Source: Podarcis bocagei
Taxonomy: Eukaryota
Length of the DNA stretch: 64,000 nucleotides
Direction: 5' to 3' (one strand)
Assembly (NCBI GenBank): GCA_964188305.1
Contig: OZ076894.1
The notes beneath the pieces were generated by a model. That model saw only the letters and a program-made list of their open reading frames with translations. It did no database searches and was not told where the DNA came from. This document shows, piece by piece, positions 1 through 13,420 of the stretch. Made by a program: the position numbers and the translations under genes. Every line of letters begins with the position of its first letter. Position 1 is the stretch's first letter.

Positions 1-52
1 TTAAGAATGGACCTCTGAAACGAATTAAGTTCTTAACCCGAGGTACCACTTT
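1..52. mobile_element. Right end of a pogo/Tigger-type (Tc1/mariner superfamily) MITE, truncated by the window start
   Basis: ttaagaatggacctctgaaacgaattaagttcttaacccgaggtaccact matches the terminal part of the MITE copies at 2705-2929, 31629-31846 and 54377-56334. Confidence 0.75.
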
Positions 53-844
53 AGCCGTATGGCCTTATGGAACACTTTTGAGTTCCTGAAGGTGAGCTTC
101 TTGCATTTTCCCATTCCTGTAAGCATGACTCTTTTGCCCTGGATTAACAAACTCTGCGCATTGATAAGTGGACAAAGAAAACTGTCAGTTAGTTGTGAGC
201 AGGGGAGTGAACTTTGTAGTATAACGAAACAAAACCATGTATTTGTTTTTCTTGTGTATTCTTCCCCCCCCCCCTTATTATCCTGGTGCATTTGTCTTTT
301 GGCTGGGGATTTCTATTTTTCATTGTTCCTCGGTTGTCAAAAGCTGCTGCCTTGTGGCCTAAAGCCAATGATCATCTCTGTATCAGAACCCAGCAGGAGA
401 TGATGAATGGTGAAAGAATGCAGCAGAGAAGGCCAAAATAAAACACAGCCACTCACCCCCTCCACTAGTTCTCTGCATATGCAAAGGATGGCAGTGTGTT
501 GACTGTGTGTATGCTGCCTGTTTATAAATGAGTTAATGAATGGCTCTTGCTACACTGTTTTTGTGACTGTGCCAGCACTACAGATTCCTCGGATGTGGCT
601 CTTGCACAAACATCATTGTCAACATGGCTTACTTAATGCGGCCTGGAGAATTGCATTAGCACAGTAGCTTTTATATATATTCGGGTGTCCTTGAATATTC
701 TGGGAAACTTGAATATCAGATTGGAGATGTGAAACTTCTGTCTTCAATATCCGCACACTGTGAAGAGGCTTGTCTTGATGTTGACGCTACTTTGGCACAG
801 CCCTCCCTTCTAAGGCAATTTTCTAATAGGAATTGATGGAGGAA

Positions 845-995
845 TTGTCTCTTTTTAGAGACAATGGAAGAGTGCGCCTTTGGGAGTGAAGTCAAATCGT
901 TGTAGAGTTACAGCGCCTGCTGTGGCTGTAGAAACAGACACAGGAAATAGTTTTGTTGCAGCTGGGGCAGATGAAGGCATCCAGTTGTGCTGCTG
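845..995 (+). repeat. Unclassified interspersed repeat fragment
   Basis: gacaatggaagagtgcgcctttgggagtgaagtcaaa recurs inverted at about 9475-9525 (tttgacttcactcccaaaggcacactcctccattgtc). Confidence 0.5.
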
Positions 996-1999
996 CAGAT
1001 GGTGTTTTTACTATTATTTGTCCACGCAGTATCCTACTTAATAAATGTTTTTGTTTAGAAGGGACACGGAGAAAAGTGTGAATTTATGAACCTCAAGGAC
1101 AAGCTTGTATAGGATAAGGGAAGGCAACTGAAATCTGTATCTCAGATATTTGATTCCTGGGTTTGTTTCCTTCCAGAAAGAAGGATCTTCTTGAGTGTGT
1201 GTGTGTGTGTGTGTGTGTAATTTCCCTCTTTCTTTCTTTTTTGCAATACTATATGGATCTATTCTCTTCATTCCAAATAGAATAAATTCTAGAATTGCAA
1301 TGTTTATGACATAACATTCAAAATAACTGTGATCAAACAATGAATATAAGACTTTATTTAGCCGACTGTGTGACATCTGGCCCTGTATTTCCATAGACAT
1401 TTTTCTTCTTCTTCTGAATGCCAGAGCAAATATTCGGGACGTGTGTAAATGGGGATATGCAACTTTCTCAAAAATAGGTTCCAAATGATATTTTTATGCA
1501 AATACTAGGAGCAGCATTACCCACAATTGTGCATCATGTTCCTTGTTTAAAAGCATAGGCAGTGGTGCAGATCTGCACATCTCATGCACAATTGATTTAA
1601 TCATGCTCTGGAATAACAAACATTAATTTAAAATGCTAAAAAGGGACGGGGAAATGCAACAGACAGCAGTATCCTTTTATTTCTAAAATGTGGGGGGTTT
1701 TGGTGTTGTTTTTTGCTTTGTTTTTTACAGTTTCAAACTGAAGTCGATATATCAGCCATTCCTCTGTTCTTCAACTGGTGCAGCACTAAATATCCAAGGC
1801 ACATGGCCCTATTTGTATACATTAATGTGCAATTAAAATAGTGATACTACAAGAGGAGGCATTTCAAAAACCCAGGACAATGCTACACTTAAAAGATAAT
1901 TTCTTTAGCTCCTCTTTGGTATGACAATTGTTATTTTAGGTAAAACTGAAATCATACCACCGGATGTAGAGAATATTAAAGCAGAGGGGAGAGTTCTGT

Positions 2000-3113
2000 T
2001 AAATTCCTTCCCATGCTTGCTACACTGTCTACGCCACCTACAATGCACAAGGTTCAATTGGCTAGGGAGTGTGGGTGCATGCTGGTGCTGTCACCAACAT
2101 TTGTGTGTGTGTTGTCCTTGTACCTCTTTTCAAGGATATGCTATAGGGTCTCCTCCATAATTTTTGTAGATTCCATCCCACTCAGATGGTCTCTCCGAGT
2201 GGTGTGGGATTCCAGGGGTTTCAGGCTCTTATCCAGGGTTTATGCTTCCTTTTGGAAATGAGGCACAACAGAGACTATGGTGTCTTTATGATATATGGTT
2301 TATTTACACATATATACAACCTGAGTCTATGATGAAGGGATCCACATAATCAGCACCCCAAGAGGTGCTTCCTTCTCCCAAGCTGCAGTCTTGGATTCAA
2401 ACAGACCTCAATCATTGCTCTCAAATGTTGCTCTGCCTCTTCTGCTTCCTCTTTCACCCCCTCCATCACATCACCACTTCCTAACCTAAGTTTCTAACTC
2501 ACATTACTTCTCAGGCTCTACTCCAAAATCTTACTTTATATGTTGAAGGAGGGGCCCAACTCATTTGCCATCTCACAGAAAGCTCCTTTGATCATCTGCT
2601 TTCTTAATTGTTCACCCTCCATGCAAACACCTCCTATAGAAATCCAGCCTGGATTAATTAACTTTCGACACTTGTTGATTTGTCTAGTACAGATTTGTCT
2701 AGTACAGTGGTACCTTGGGTTACAAACACCTCGGGTTACAAATGCTTCAGGTTACAAACTCCGCTAACCCGGAAGTAGTACCTCAGGTTACAAACTTTGC
2801 CCCAGGATGAGAACAGAAATCACATGCCAGCGGCGCAGCAGCAGTGGGAGGCCCTGTTAGCAAAAGCGTGCCTCAGGTTAAGAACGGTTTTGGGTTAAGA
2901 ATGGACCTCTAGAACCCAAGGTACCACTGTACACAATTTAATACACACAGATCTTGTACCCAGAGTTTTAACACCCCAAGGCCTGAATAAATTCTAACAC
3001 TTACGGATTCCAGGAATTTAGAAGTGTTTAGCACCTACTAACACACAACAATATAATTTCCATATAATCAGACGGATCAGTAAGATACCTGACTGTGGGG
3101 GAGGGTTCTAACA
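2000..3113 (-). mobile_element. Possible degraded solo-LTR-like element hosting a MITE
   Basis: Right end ...gagggttctaaca (TG start on the minus strand) and a minus-strand polyA signal (tttatt near 2298); left boundary and TSD not resolved. Confidence 0.25.
2705..2929. mobile_element. pogo/Tigger-type MITE (family A)
   Basis: TA|CAGTGGTACCTTGGGTT ... AACCCAAGGTACCACTG|TA: terminal inverted repeats with TA target duplication; internal GGTTACAAAC repeats. Confidence 0.9.
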
Positions 3114-3313
3114 CCATGCAACTGAATATATGTAAAATCTACCTTTAGAAAGCTGGAATGTCATAAAGTGAGGCTGGCACACACAGGGATGTTGGGGGTA
3201 CCCTATGCCCCCTACTCAGTTTGAGCTCTGACACATTATTTTGAACGCCCAACATTGGCTAGTTATATGAAACCCTTCCTGGTGGATCTACATTCTTGGA
3301 TGCCCATGACTTT

Positions 3314-3450
3314 AAAAAGGTAAAGGGACCCCTGACCATTAGGTCCAGTCATGGACGACTCTGGGGTTGCGGCGCTCATCTCGCTTTACTGGCCGAGGGA
3401 GCCGGCGTACAGCTTCTGGGTCATGTGGTGAACCAGAGCAGCACACGGAT
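3314..3450 (-). mobile_element. Sauria SINE, 5'-truncated with an internal deletion
   Basis: aaaggtaaagggacccctgacc is the reverse complement of the (ACCTTT)n tail; matches the 4911-5250 copy; flanked by gacttta on both sides (TSD). Confidence 0.85.
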
Positions 3451-4714
3451 ACGACTTTAGCTAAAGATAATTATGCTAGAAATGGCTTTGAAATGTAGCT
3501 GAATGGAATGTTAACAACATTTTCTTTTCTGGGCTTCTGTTTTCTGTATCCATGCATGTTCATGTGCCTGTGTGAGAGAGATACTAACTTGATATATAAT
3601 TACACTTAAGCACGATTATTTTAAGTCAGCCTCCCCAAATATATGCACTGGTGTCTGGCCCCAGTACTATTTTGACATGTAGTAAATGAAACACTAACCC
3701 CAAACACTTCCTTTCAAACTCCATGCAGTACAGAGCAGTGGGCGTAGGTGAAAAATAGCAAGGCGCTCATTAAAATGTGGAACTCTGGAAGTAGGAGCTT
3801 AAATATTTAATACAAATGCAGTGGCAAAGGCAGGAGAAACATCACCAGGTAGCTAACAAGTTCTAGTTAATGTGTGTTTGCGCGGGTGTGCGGGCGTGCA
3901 TGGACGTACACACACACACACACACAAATATATAAAGTCTCTAAATTAAGGTTATGCAGATCAGAATGTCTAACTTTGCAGAAAAAAGTGGAATGTTATC
4001 ATTTGAATTACACAAGCCAGCACTCCTGCAAAGGAATTATTTGGATGATGTTTACTCCAGTATGGCGCAAAATTGTGGGAGGCTCAAACAGATGCACAGA
4101 AAATTGAGCAAAATTTCTCTGTCACCTGCATTGCCATCTCTCCATGGTTGGCTCCAAAGCTGAATAGCCTCTTGGGGATTTAATGTACTTTCAAAGCTGT
4201 CTCTTCCTGGAACAGCTAATTAGAGAAGATGGCACAAGCGTGGGCTTTTGTTGCAGGCAGTAGTTCTTTCATCACCTGCTTCAGCGGGTCAATCTGTACA
4301 TTGATTATTTCCATTGAAATAGATGGAACTGCTACTCTAGAGCAAAGAGTTTCAATGATGACAGCTCAGAAGATTCTGACACCCACAGATCCTGTGCCTT
4401 TCTTAGCCTTCCCCTGTTCTGAACTCTACCTCATCCTGGAAGATTATGTGTTTCTTTGCTCCAGGATCAAGTCTTAGCTAACATCCATCAACAAAGAAAT
4501 TGGGTGCAATTGGAAACCACTTAAAAACTAATTGTGTTCATTGTGGTTGCAGCATTAAATGCAAAGCTACAAAGAACATGGTGCTTCTGCCAAATATGAC
4601 AGCTCTGGCTCACATCCTTCCTTTCCTTGTTTATGATCATCAAGATGCCTTATACCAAACCAGAACACGGATTAATCTAGCTTAGCAATGCCTGACTATA
4701 TTTGTTTTTGTTCT

Positions 4715-6060
4715 TATTTATAAAATTTGTTTACCGCCTTTCATCTGTAGATCTCAGGACGCTATTCACAGCAAGATAAAAATACAGAATATAAATAAGA
4801 ACAAAATAAGTGCAAACCAACAAACCACAAACACATTTAAAAGGGTATAGGATGTTAATCAGCCAAAGGCCTGGTTGAAGCAGAATGTTTTCGCCTTAGT
4901 GCCTAAAGTAGTAAAGGTAAAGGGACCCCTGACCATTGGGTCCAGTCGTGGCCGACTCTGGGGTTGCGGTGCTCATCTCGCTTTATTGGCGAAGGGAGCC
5001 GGCGTACAGCTTACGGGTCATGTGGCCAGCATGACTAAGCCGCTTCTGGTGAACCAGAGCAGCGCACGGAAACACCGTTTACCTTCCCGCCGGAGCGGTA
5101 CCTATTTCTCTACCTGCACTTTGACATGCTTTCGAACTGCTAGGTTGGCAGGAGCTGGGACTGAGCAACGGGAGCTCACCCCGTCACGGGGATTCGAACC
5201 ACCGACCTTCAGATCGGCAAGTCCTAGGCTCTGTGGTTTAACCCACAGCGGGGTTGCCATATTTCAGAAAGTGAATCTCCAATAGACATGAAGCTTTTGA
5301 GCTCTTTTTAAAAGGGAATTTGGCAAACCAACACTTCTAACATGCGCTGCCATATGACTCCCTGGTGAGAACATTCCACAAATGGGGGAGCCACTGCAGA
5401 AAAGGCCTGTTCTCATATTCGAAACCTCTGGACCTCTTGTGGAGGAGGAACATGACAAAGGGCCTGAAATGATGATTTCAGGGTCTGGATAGGTCCATAT
5501 GGAGAGAAGCAGTCCTTCAGGTGATAAAAATAACAATTTTATTATTTATACCCCACCCATCTGGCAGGGTTGCGCCAGCTACTCTGTGCGGCTGTTGCAG
5601 TCCTCAGCTGTTTAAGGCTTTATAGGTCAAAACCAGCACTTTGAATTGGGCCCGGAAACTATTTTGCAGCCAGTGCAATCAGGCCAGGATTGGCATTATA
5701 GGCTCAGACCGTCTTGCCCCAGTGAGCAACTTGGGTACCAACATCTGCAGCAGCTGAAGTTTCTGAATCATCTTCAGAGGCAAACCCACGTATAACACAT
5801 TGCAGTAATCTAACCTAGAAGTTCTGGGAGCACATTTAGCCATCTGGGCCTCAAGCAACAGAGAAGTACCCCCAAGCAATGTATCTGCTCCTTCAGAGGG
5901 TGTGTAACCCCATCAAGAGCAGGCAACCTTCTATCTATCCGGTCTAGGGAACCACCCACTAACAGTGCCTTGGTCTTTTCTAGATTGAGCTTCAGTATGT
6001 TGGCTCTCATCCAGTCCATTACCAAGGCAAGACAGCAGTCCAGTATATTCACTGAGACCA
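4715..6060 (-). mobile_element. Degenerate L2 LINE, 3' part, interrupted by nested inserts
   Basis: Minus-strand peptides DWMRANILKLNLEKTK and SRLDYCNVLYVGLP..IQKLQLLQ..LLTG..PIMPIL are typical of the L2 ORF2 C-terminus; frameshifted. Confidence 0.75.
4911..5250 (-). mobile_element. Sauria SINE, near full length
   Basis: tRNA-like head with B box (ggttcgaatccc on the minus strand) and (ACCTTT) tail; homologous to 18083-18420. Confidence 0.9.
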
Positions 6061-7091
6061 TGGACTGTCAGCAGTTCTCCATGGTTTCAGAGAGAGGTCT
6101 TTTCCAGCTCCCTGTTCTGCATGAGGACCAAAGCTTGAGTTCTACCTCTGAGCGCCTTTTCTCATGTCCAGACATCAGTACAATGAGAGTTTTCTGCTTT
6201 GCTTCCATGAGGCTTGGTGCATATTGCAGTGATGTTCAGAGGACACAAACTACACCAAATTAAACTTTACAGTGTGGAGTGGGGGGTGGGAATCGACATT
6301 GGGCTGCCACTTTGGCCAGAAGCCTTGTTTGCAGGTCCTAAGAAGTGGCGGCCAACTCAAACACATAGTTTGTTGTAGAGGTATGGAAAAAATGCAGGGT
6401 TTTCCTGTGCTCCTAATTGGAGATATAACAGAAAGCAATCAAAGCCACTCAACTTCTTAATGGCAACTCTGACAGGTTATTTAAAATGATGAACTATGAG
6501 AATTCTCTTTACTGCAGAAATACATGCTGTTCCTATTTCTCTCCCCCCCCCCCTTGCCCCTCTTGGGGGAAAAAGAAGAAGGAGAGGAAGAGCTTCTTAG
6601 AGTGGGTTACCTGCTGATGCTGATCTCACCTTTGTGACTATCTTTATATTAAATTTTTAGCTGCAACTGCTGCTGTAATTTCACACTTTAATGAGTTCCT
6701 TGGTACTGTACTTTTTTAATAACGAGCACTGCTGGGTATGTGCAATTTAACAGGAGTGGCTGGTTCTGTGGCTCCAGTTAGCAAGGGTCAAGCTACAGTT
6801 TGCCAAACATAAACTTGTGTTTTCCCCTAATAGTTTTTAGCTGTACTGGTTTGTTGTTGTTTTTTTTGTCTTTCTTAGTTGTTTCTCCAAACTGTGCCGT
6901 GATACAAACCGTGTCAGCGGCACGAATACAATAATTGCCTTTCTTGATCATGCCAAGGGAACATTTAATCCAGCATGCTCATGAGGTAACCATGAAGCTG
7001 GCGACTTTCCTTCCCTAATTGTTTTGCTTTAGCAGATGGTGTTCACTGATACACTGCCTCTGGTCTTGGAGGTTCCATTTGGCTACCATAG

Positions 7092-7524
7092 TAGGGATGG
7101 GGGGGGTAAATTTGGTTTGGTTCACATTTAAATGCAAACCTACCTGATCCATGCTTTTTGAAACAACACAAGGACTGAAAAACAGCCCGCCTTCAAAATC
7201 CGCATTCCTCTGAATTTTGCAATGCAGGCCTCCTCCCGGCCAGAAATATTTCTGAAATTGCATATACTAAGATAAATGTACAAATGAAAATAGCATACAA
7301 CATGTGTTATATTAAGGGGAACTGATCTGCATAAATGTATTAGGCAAAATTGCATACGGAAAAGGGGTATGCTTTAAATTTGCATTAAAGTGCTGGTTTT
7401 CATGAAGATTTCCACCCAGACACACACACACTAACCAGTTAGGAAATGTAGAGAAATGAACTGAACTGGAAAACTGAGAAACTGAGAGAAATCAACGTTG
7501 AAATAGAAACCTGTCTCCTATCCC
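7092..7524. mobile_element. Non-autonomous DNA-transposon-like repeat (AGGGATG...CATCCC termini, possibly hAT)
   Basis: Shares internal sequence and ends with 48175-48801 and, inverted, with 25682-26075. Confidence 0.5.
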
Positions 7525-8369
7525 CACAAAAAATGCCACTGAAAGCAGCCTCCCCATGGCAATTCATTTCCCCTTATGGAATAATGTTAGGAAGTACTTC
7601 CAAAAATGGCTTGGGACCATGAGTCTCTGTGCTAGGGAGGCACTGAGTATTTGAATTGAGGCCTTTGTGTCTCTCTTCACAACTCACCCCTTTCCCAGCC
7701 ACACACTGTATCCTCAGACCGCAGAACACAATCCTTGACCATTTTGACCAGGCTGGAATGTATCCTTGAACTCTGTCATTGGTTTCCTTGGTTGGAGGAT
7801 AGAGAGGGGCACATGCTTGTGTGTGAACTAGCTTACTGTATCAAGCTTACATTTGTTGCTCCGCCCACTTTCCCCTGGCCCCACCCACCACTGGCATGCC
7901 CAGAGTGTGCCACTGCAGGTTGAAAAGAGTTCTCCGATGTTGGTATATACCATCAGTTTATGGTTTAGAAATTTGTTTGTCCTTTTTCTTGATGTTTCTG
8001 GCTGGGCTCCGCTTGTGATGACTTGTCTTGCCACTAGACGATGCCCAACACCATCTGATTTATAGATACCTAGCCTGTTAGCCCGTTTGACTTGCTCGAC
8101 TGGCTATGTGACGATTATTCATTAGCCACCTCTCTCAGTGCCTCACATTCTCCAAACAATGTCTAACATCAAAGAAGGTGAAGGCACCCAGCACTATCAC
8201 TTCCTTCCACAGATTAGGGTATTAAGGGCTGTTCTCAGCCATCAAAGAGCTGAATAAGAGACAGAGAAGGGGAAACAAACAGAGGCAGGAAAGGTAACCA
8301 TGTCAGTTCACTATCTCCTTGAAGTACAAATATCTTCTGGATAGATTGCCCATACATGGCTGTAGAATT

Positions 8370-8489
8370 TTCCATGGAGAGGTTGGATGGCCAACTGTCA
8401 TGGATGCTTTAGTTGAGATTCCCACATTGCAGGAGGTTAGACTAGATGAGTCTCAGGGTCCCTTTCAATTCTACAGTTTTATGATTCTA
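8370..8489 (+). mobile_element. CR1 LINE 3' end fragment
   Basis: ggttagactagatga...ccctttcaattctacagttttatgattcta resembles the CR1 3' terminus ending in an (ATTCTATG)-like repeat. Confidence 0.65.
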
Positions 8490-9399
8490 GCAGAGTCACC
8501 ACCACATGCTTACTGAATTTTTCCACAGGCCATGCTGGGCATGTAAAGCAAGCTGTTCCATGTTGTAGTCAGCCTGGCTTTACCCCTACGTCTTCCTGTA
8601 GTGTGTTTTCTATTTCTTCAGAGTAAATATTAATTAAAATAGAAACTGCTAATGCAGTTCATTGCATGGGTGGGGTGGCTGAAAGATGGGGGGGGGGGTT
8701 GAAATCTGGTCCTTGATTCTTCTACAGGCTTCACTGTCTCAGGAGCCCAGTTAGCAAAAATTGTGTCTGACATCCACTCTGTGCAAGACCATGGAAATCA
8801 ATTTTTCAGAGCTTGCTCCATGCAGAGGCCAGATTAATTTTTAGCTGAATTGATTCTTAAAATGCTACAGTGGGCTTAATTTGACATTTTGCACAGATGA
8901 TTGGTGCATCCAAATTTCAAAAGTTTTAAGTGGCGCATGGTATTTTGTGGTGGGGGAAAGGGTGTGCTCAATTTAAGCACTTCAGATTGGATCCCATTAA
9001 TATGTTCACGACAGTGTATATAGACACACTCCTAGTTTGCTCTCTTCAAGACTTTCCTGGATGGTGCATGTTTGCTGGGTGTAAGAAATATGAGGCTATC
9101 ACTATAAGAACTAGTGCTAGATTTTGAGGGAAAACTCGCTGATGTAGACATCACTAAGACAGGAATGCAAACATGCTGGGAATGTGAGCTTGGGAGAGCA
9201 CATTTTTGTTTGAGACTGTCCTTCCATGTAATGCCCAAAATCTTCCTGACATAGTGGATTTAGAAGGCATTAAGGTGTTGCTCCTGGCAGTTGTAAGTCG
9301 CCCATGACTCACTTCCATTAAGTAGCATAGTCAACATGCAAGCCCAGTAGACCTTCATCTTGGTCTTGGACATTAGCATTCCATTCTCCCATACGCTTT

Positions 9400-9525
9400 T
9401 GGAGAGGTGGGCCATTGCTGTTGTTGGCTCGCCAACACACTTGTCTGGCTCAGCTTTGATGTGTGGTGTGCTGGCAACAGTTTGACTTCACTCCCAAAGG
9501 CACACTCCTCCATTGTCTGAGATGG
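9400..9525 (-). repeat. Second copy of the unclassified repeat at 845-995
   Basis: Reverse-complement similarity to 855-900. Confidence 0.45.
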
Positions 9526-10552
9526 ATGGATGAATGTCAACCAACCAACTGATAGCAGCAAGTAAGGATTTTAGGCAGAATGAACACAGGGAGAACAAAC
9601 TTGGTACGGTGTACTGGATGAGGCTTATGGGAGTTGTAGTCCAAAACCAGACTGGTTAAGTATGTAAAAGCTTGGTACAGAGGTCTGTAAGATGCTGTGG
9701 CCATTACAAAAATGTTTTCCTAGTAAAATCTCTGGCCAGTGTCACAAGAAGTATAAAAGGCAAAATCACAGTTCTCCAAATTTTGCAGTGCAGTTCTTGC
9801 CTCAAAAAAAAAATGCAAAAGATTTGGACACATTTAAAGAAAATACATTTGAAATGGCTGCTGAGTGATACTGATGACTCTGTGACTTATAAGATGGCTC
9901 TTTATGCCCTGGCAGCTAGGAAGATTAGGAAGAAAGAACTGGATGGGCAATTTGCAAGTTGCAAAGGGGACTCTGAGATCTAATTTGCACATTTTATTTG
10001 AGAATTACTTTTTATTCTGTGTAATAAGAAATTCTGGTGGATTTGACCATGGTTTGACTGCATATGTAGCAAGTGCTGTTTCCCTCCCTTCCTTCTTTGG
10101 ATGTTGCCATGGCCTTTGGCTAGTGCAATAGAAAATAAAGGGAGGGCATTCAAAAATTGAAATGTCGAGATGCATAAAAGATCTTCAAAATAATGTGTGT
10201 ATGTAATTATGTATACATTCACAATGTATTCCATGGTCCCACATTGCTTCGTCTGGTGTGATGCTGTCACGGGTTACTAAATCACTTCAACCAATTGAAT
10301 CAGACAGCAGCGTGGGCAAATCAGGCAGGATCTGACAAGGACTGCAAAGTAGGTAGCATGTCAGGGATGGCATCCAAACCTCTGCTGCATATACAAGATC
10401 ATCTGTGTGCTAAATGTGTGAAATGCCGGTTTGTTGCAGCAGGTTTTGCAGGCAAGAGCTGATTTCGTTATGCGCAATTTGTGTACAGATACAGTGCCGG
10501 ATTCAGAAGGACTCCCAACACAGCCAACAAAGTGATGGGAATCTTTGCCATA

Positions 10553-10553
<1 letters not shown>

Positions 10554-10602
<49 letters not shown>
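10554..10602. repeat. (TG)n microsatellite
   Basis: Perfect dinucleotide run. Confidence 0.95.
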
Positions 10603-10605
<3 letters not shown>

Positions 10606-12940
10606 GGCCAGATTCAGCAGGTGTTTTCTTTTGCTAGTGTTTTTGTGCCTCTCCCTCTTCATTTAGACTTTGCTTATTTGGAGCTATTGAAAGAGCACAC
10701 TCTGTTTTTAGCATGTCGAAATCCAGTCACTACTAATTACTCTGGTTGCCATTTTCTAACCTGACAAGTGCAAAATCAAACCCGTCTCTTGAGTGCTGTA
10801 GGCTGTTCAACAAGCCCTTAAAAAGGAGAACCCAAAGTTTGACAAAGGAAGCATGCATGTCTAAAGTAAGCACTGCTTTGCAACTTGGCTGTAAACAAGT
10901 GGCAGCCAGCCTATTAGTGTCACAGTATTTTATTTTATTTTTACGGATTATTTTGCATTTTTTAAAAAATCTATTTCTCTCATTTTCAGTTGAGAAGATG
11001 TTTTCCAATGCCTCTCCAAAAAAAAACAAACCAAAAAACAAACAAACAAACCAAACAAGTGTTTCAAACATTTTCACTTTATAATTGCTCGTGTTTAAAA
11101 CACGTTTGTGATACTAAGAAGTTGAGAGGAGGAGGGATGTTAGCAATTATGACGCATCTTCCAATGTGTTTGATCATTAAAATCTCTTAGGGGAGATACT
11201 GCAAAAAAAGAAAGAATTGTAAGGGGGAGACAATAAAGAGGCAGAGACCAACAGCTGAGATGAAAAAGGCCTCAAGTTTAATAAAGCAACATAGCATAAA
11301 CAGCAAACTATTAAGAATGGGATGGAGGAGGAGGTTATATTATTACTCTTTCAGCTATGTTGCCCAAGGGAGGTTGGCATCAATAGGCAGCTGAGATGCA
11401 CAGCTCAGCTTACCTATGATCTGAACCTAGACATATTACTCATAATTCTTGTGATGAGATGTAGGTAGGAGGCTCTCTGAGTTGTGGCAGCTCTTTAGCA
11501 AGACACACTCACTGGGCCCCTCTTCCCTGAGTAGACTTACTCTTGCTGCAGTCACTGGCTGGAATATAGCCAACCATGCCAAAGTAAGAGTCACAACCAT
11601 TACTCCACCCATCTTTCCTCCTAGGAAGGATCCCCACAAGAGAATATGGACCTTGGATTGAGAAAAATTATCCCAACCCTACATTGCACCTTCCCTGTGT
11701 GCTGTCTCCCACCTCAGCCAAGAAGGCCCTTCTGAGCACCTTTCCATGCTTCCCCCACAGTCAAATTTTTTTGCCGCATCCATACAGATCCTTTTGCCAA
11801 GCTTTGTGATGAAAGAGCTTGGGGGGAAATCTAGGATGTATTTCTGGAAGGTCATGAGTTCCAATGTTTTGAGTTCTACTTTGGTAAACATGTCTGTTAT
11901 AGTGGAACCTCAAAATCCAAGGTAGGCAGATTTCATAAGAATCCTAACAGAACACAGCGATGGGATGGAGGCAGATTTAAAAAGTTTTTAGAAGGTGTCA
12001 GCTGATAGAAGATCCCACTAATATTTGTGAGGAAATAAACCTTTCCCTCTGCAGTTTTGGCCTCATGTGCTTGTATGTTGCTATCCTGATTGCCAGATCA
12101 ACATTGCTACATCCTGACAAGGACTAGACATTCAGCTGTTTGTGGATGCCGTGTGTGTGAGAAAGTTGTGGCAGATGAAAGGGAATACAGTTTTCCGAGG
12201 CGAATACAATGGAAAATCTCATTGTATGCAGCCAAACTGCCTTCCCTCAGTAGCCTAATGTCAGTTTACCAGTTCAGCAGTGTGAGCACAGGCCTACAAT
12301 TGTGGCACTGGCAGCCGGATTGCCTCTACCAGAGTTGTTGTCCTTGTCCTCTGTTGAGGAAGAGTAGCTGTTCCAGGTATGGGTAAAACGTGTAGTTACG
12401 TATTCTCTTGCTAATCAGAAGGAGATTATTTTATGAAGTACAACTGCATTCCAGGAAAGGTACATTTCTGCATCTTCGGGTCAGTCAAGGTGAACCACCA
12501 CTCCCTTACCTTTCTGGCTTATGTTGGACTCCCCTTGAGAGCAAGGGGGTTTACAGCACCCAGTCATGTCCTCATTTTCCTGAGAGGAAGGCTCACTCAA
12601 GCACTGTACACTTTATGGCTGTTCTCCAAGGTCAACATTCCTTCCACCACCAAAGGGATGTGGTGGGAACATCTAAGAGAGCTTCATTATAGCTGCAAAG
12701 TCTGCAAGAGGAACTGAAGCTCTATACACCTGGGAAAGTTGGATACTGTAAGCAACATTATAACTGGGCTTGTCATCCAAGATTAGGAGATTGCCTGGCT
12801 GCACTAGACCCACTTCCAGTAGTTAAAACAATGTACAGAGATTTATTCTGCTCCGAGGGCATCCTGGGATGGGATGGGGATGGGGAACATCTGGCCTTCT
12901 AGATATTGCGGCTTTATTCATCATTGACTGTTGGCCATAC

Positions 12941-12960
12941 TGTCTCCATCTGGTGGCCAC
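12941..12960 (-). promoter_or_regulatory. Candidate CTCF-binding motif
   Basis: Minus strand GTGGCCACCAGATGGAGACA resembles the CTCF core CCACCAGRKGGCRS; motif match only. Confidence 0.3.
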
Positions 12961-12987
12961 AGGTTCTCGACCTCTCATCTCAGTCCT

Positions 12988-13420
12988 GTTGTTGTTGTTT
13001 AGTCGTTTAGTCGTGTCCGACTCTTCGGACACGAGGACGCCAGGCACTTCTGTCTTCCACTGTCTCCCGCAGTTTGGTCAGACTCATGTTTGTAGCTTCG
13101 AGAACACTGTCCAACCATCTCGTCCTCTGTCGTCCCCTTCTCTTTGTGCCCTCCATCTTTCCCAGCATCAGGGTCTTTTCCAGGGAGTCTTCTCTTCTCA
13201 TGAAGTGGCCAAAGTATTGGAGCCTCAGCTTCACAATCTGTCCTTCCAGTGAGCACTCAGGGCTGATTTCCTTCAGAATGGATAGGTTTGATCTTCTTGC
13301 AGTCCATGGGACTCTCAAGAGTCTCCTCCAGCACCATAATTCAAAAGCATCAATTCTTCAGCGATTAGCCTTCTTTATGGTCCAGCTCTCATAGTTCTCA
13401 CTTCCATACATCACTACTGG
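12988..13420 (-). mobile_element. Bov-B (RTE clade) LINE, 5'-truncated 3' end
   Basis: ORF 13007-13318 MRVPWTARRSNLSILKEISPECSLEGQIVKLRLQYFGH..LEKTLMLGK..RRGRQRTRW is the Bov-B RT C-terminus; (CAA)n tail; exact 12-bp TSD catctcagtcct at 12976-12987 and 13421-13432. Confidence 0.92.

Noticed and set aside
1038-1484. 148-aa ORF
   Set aside because: Reads through a (GT)n microsatellite, has no recognisable domain and starts at a non-ATG codon
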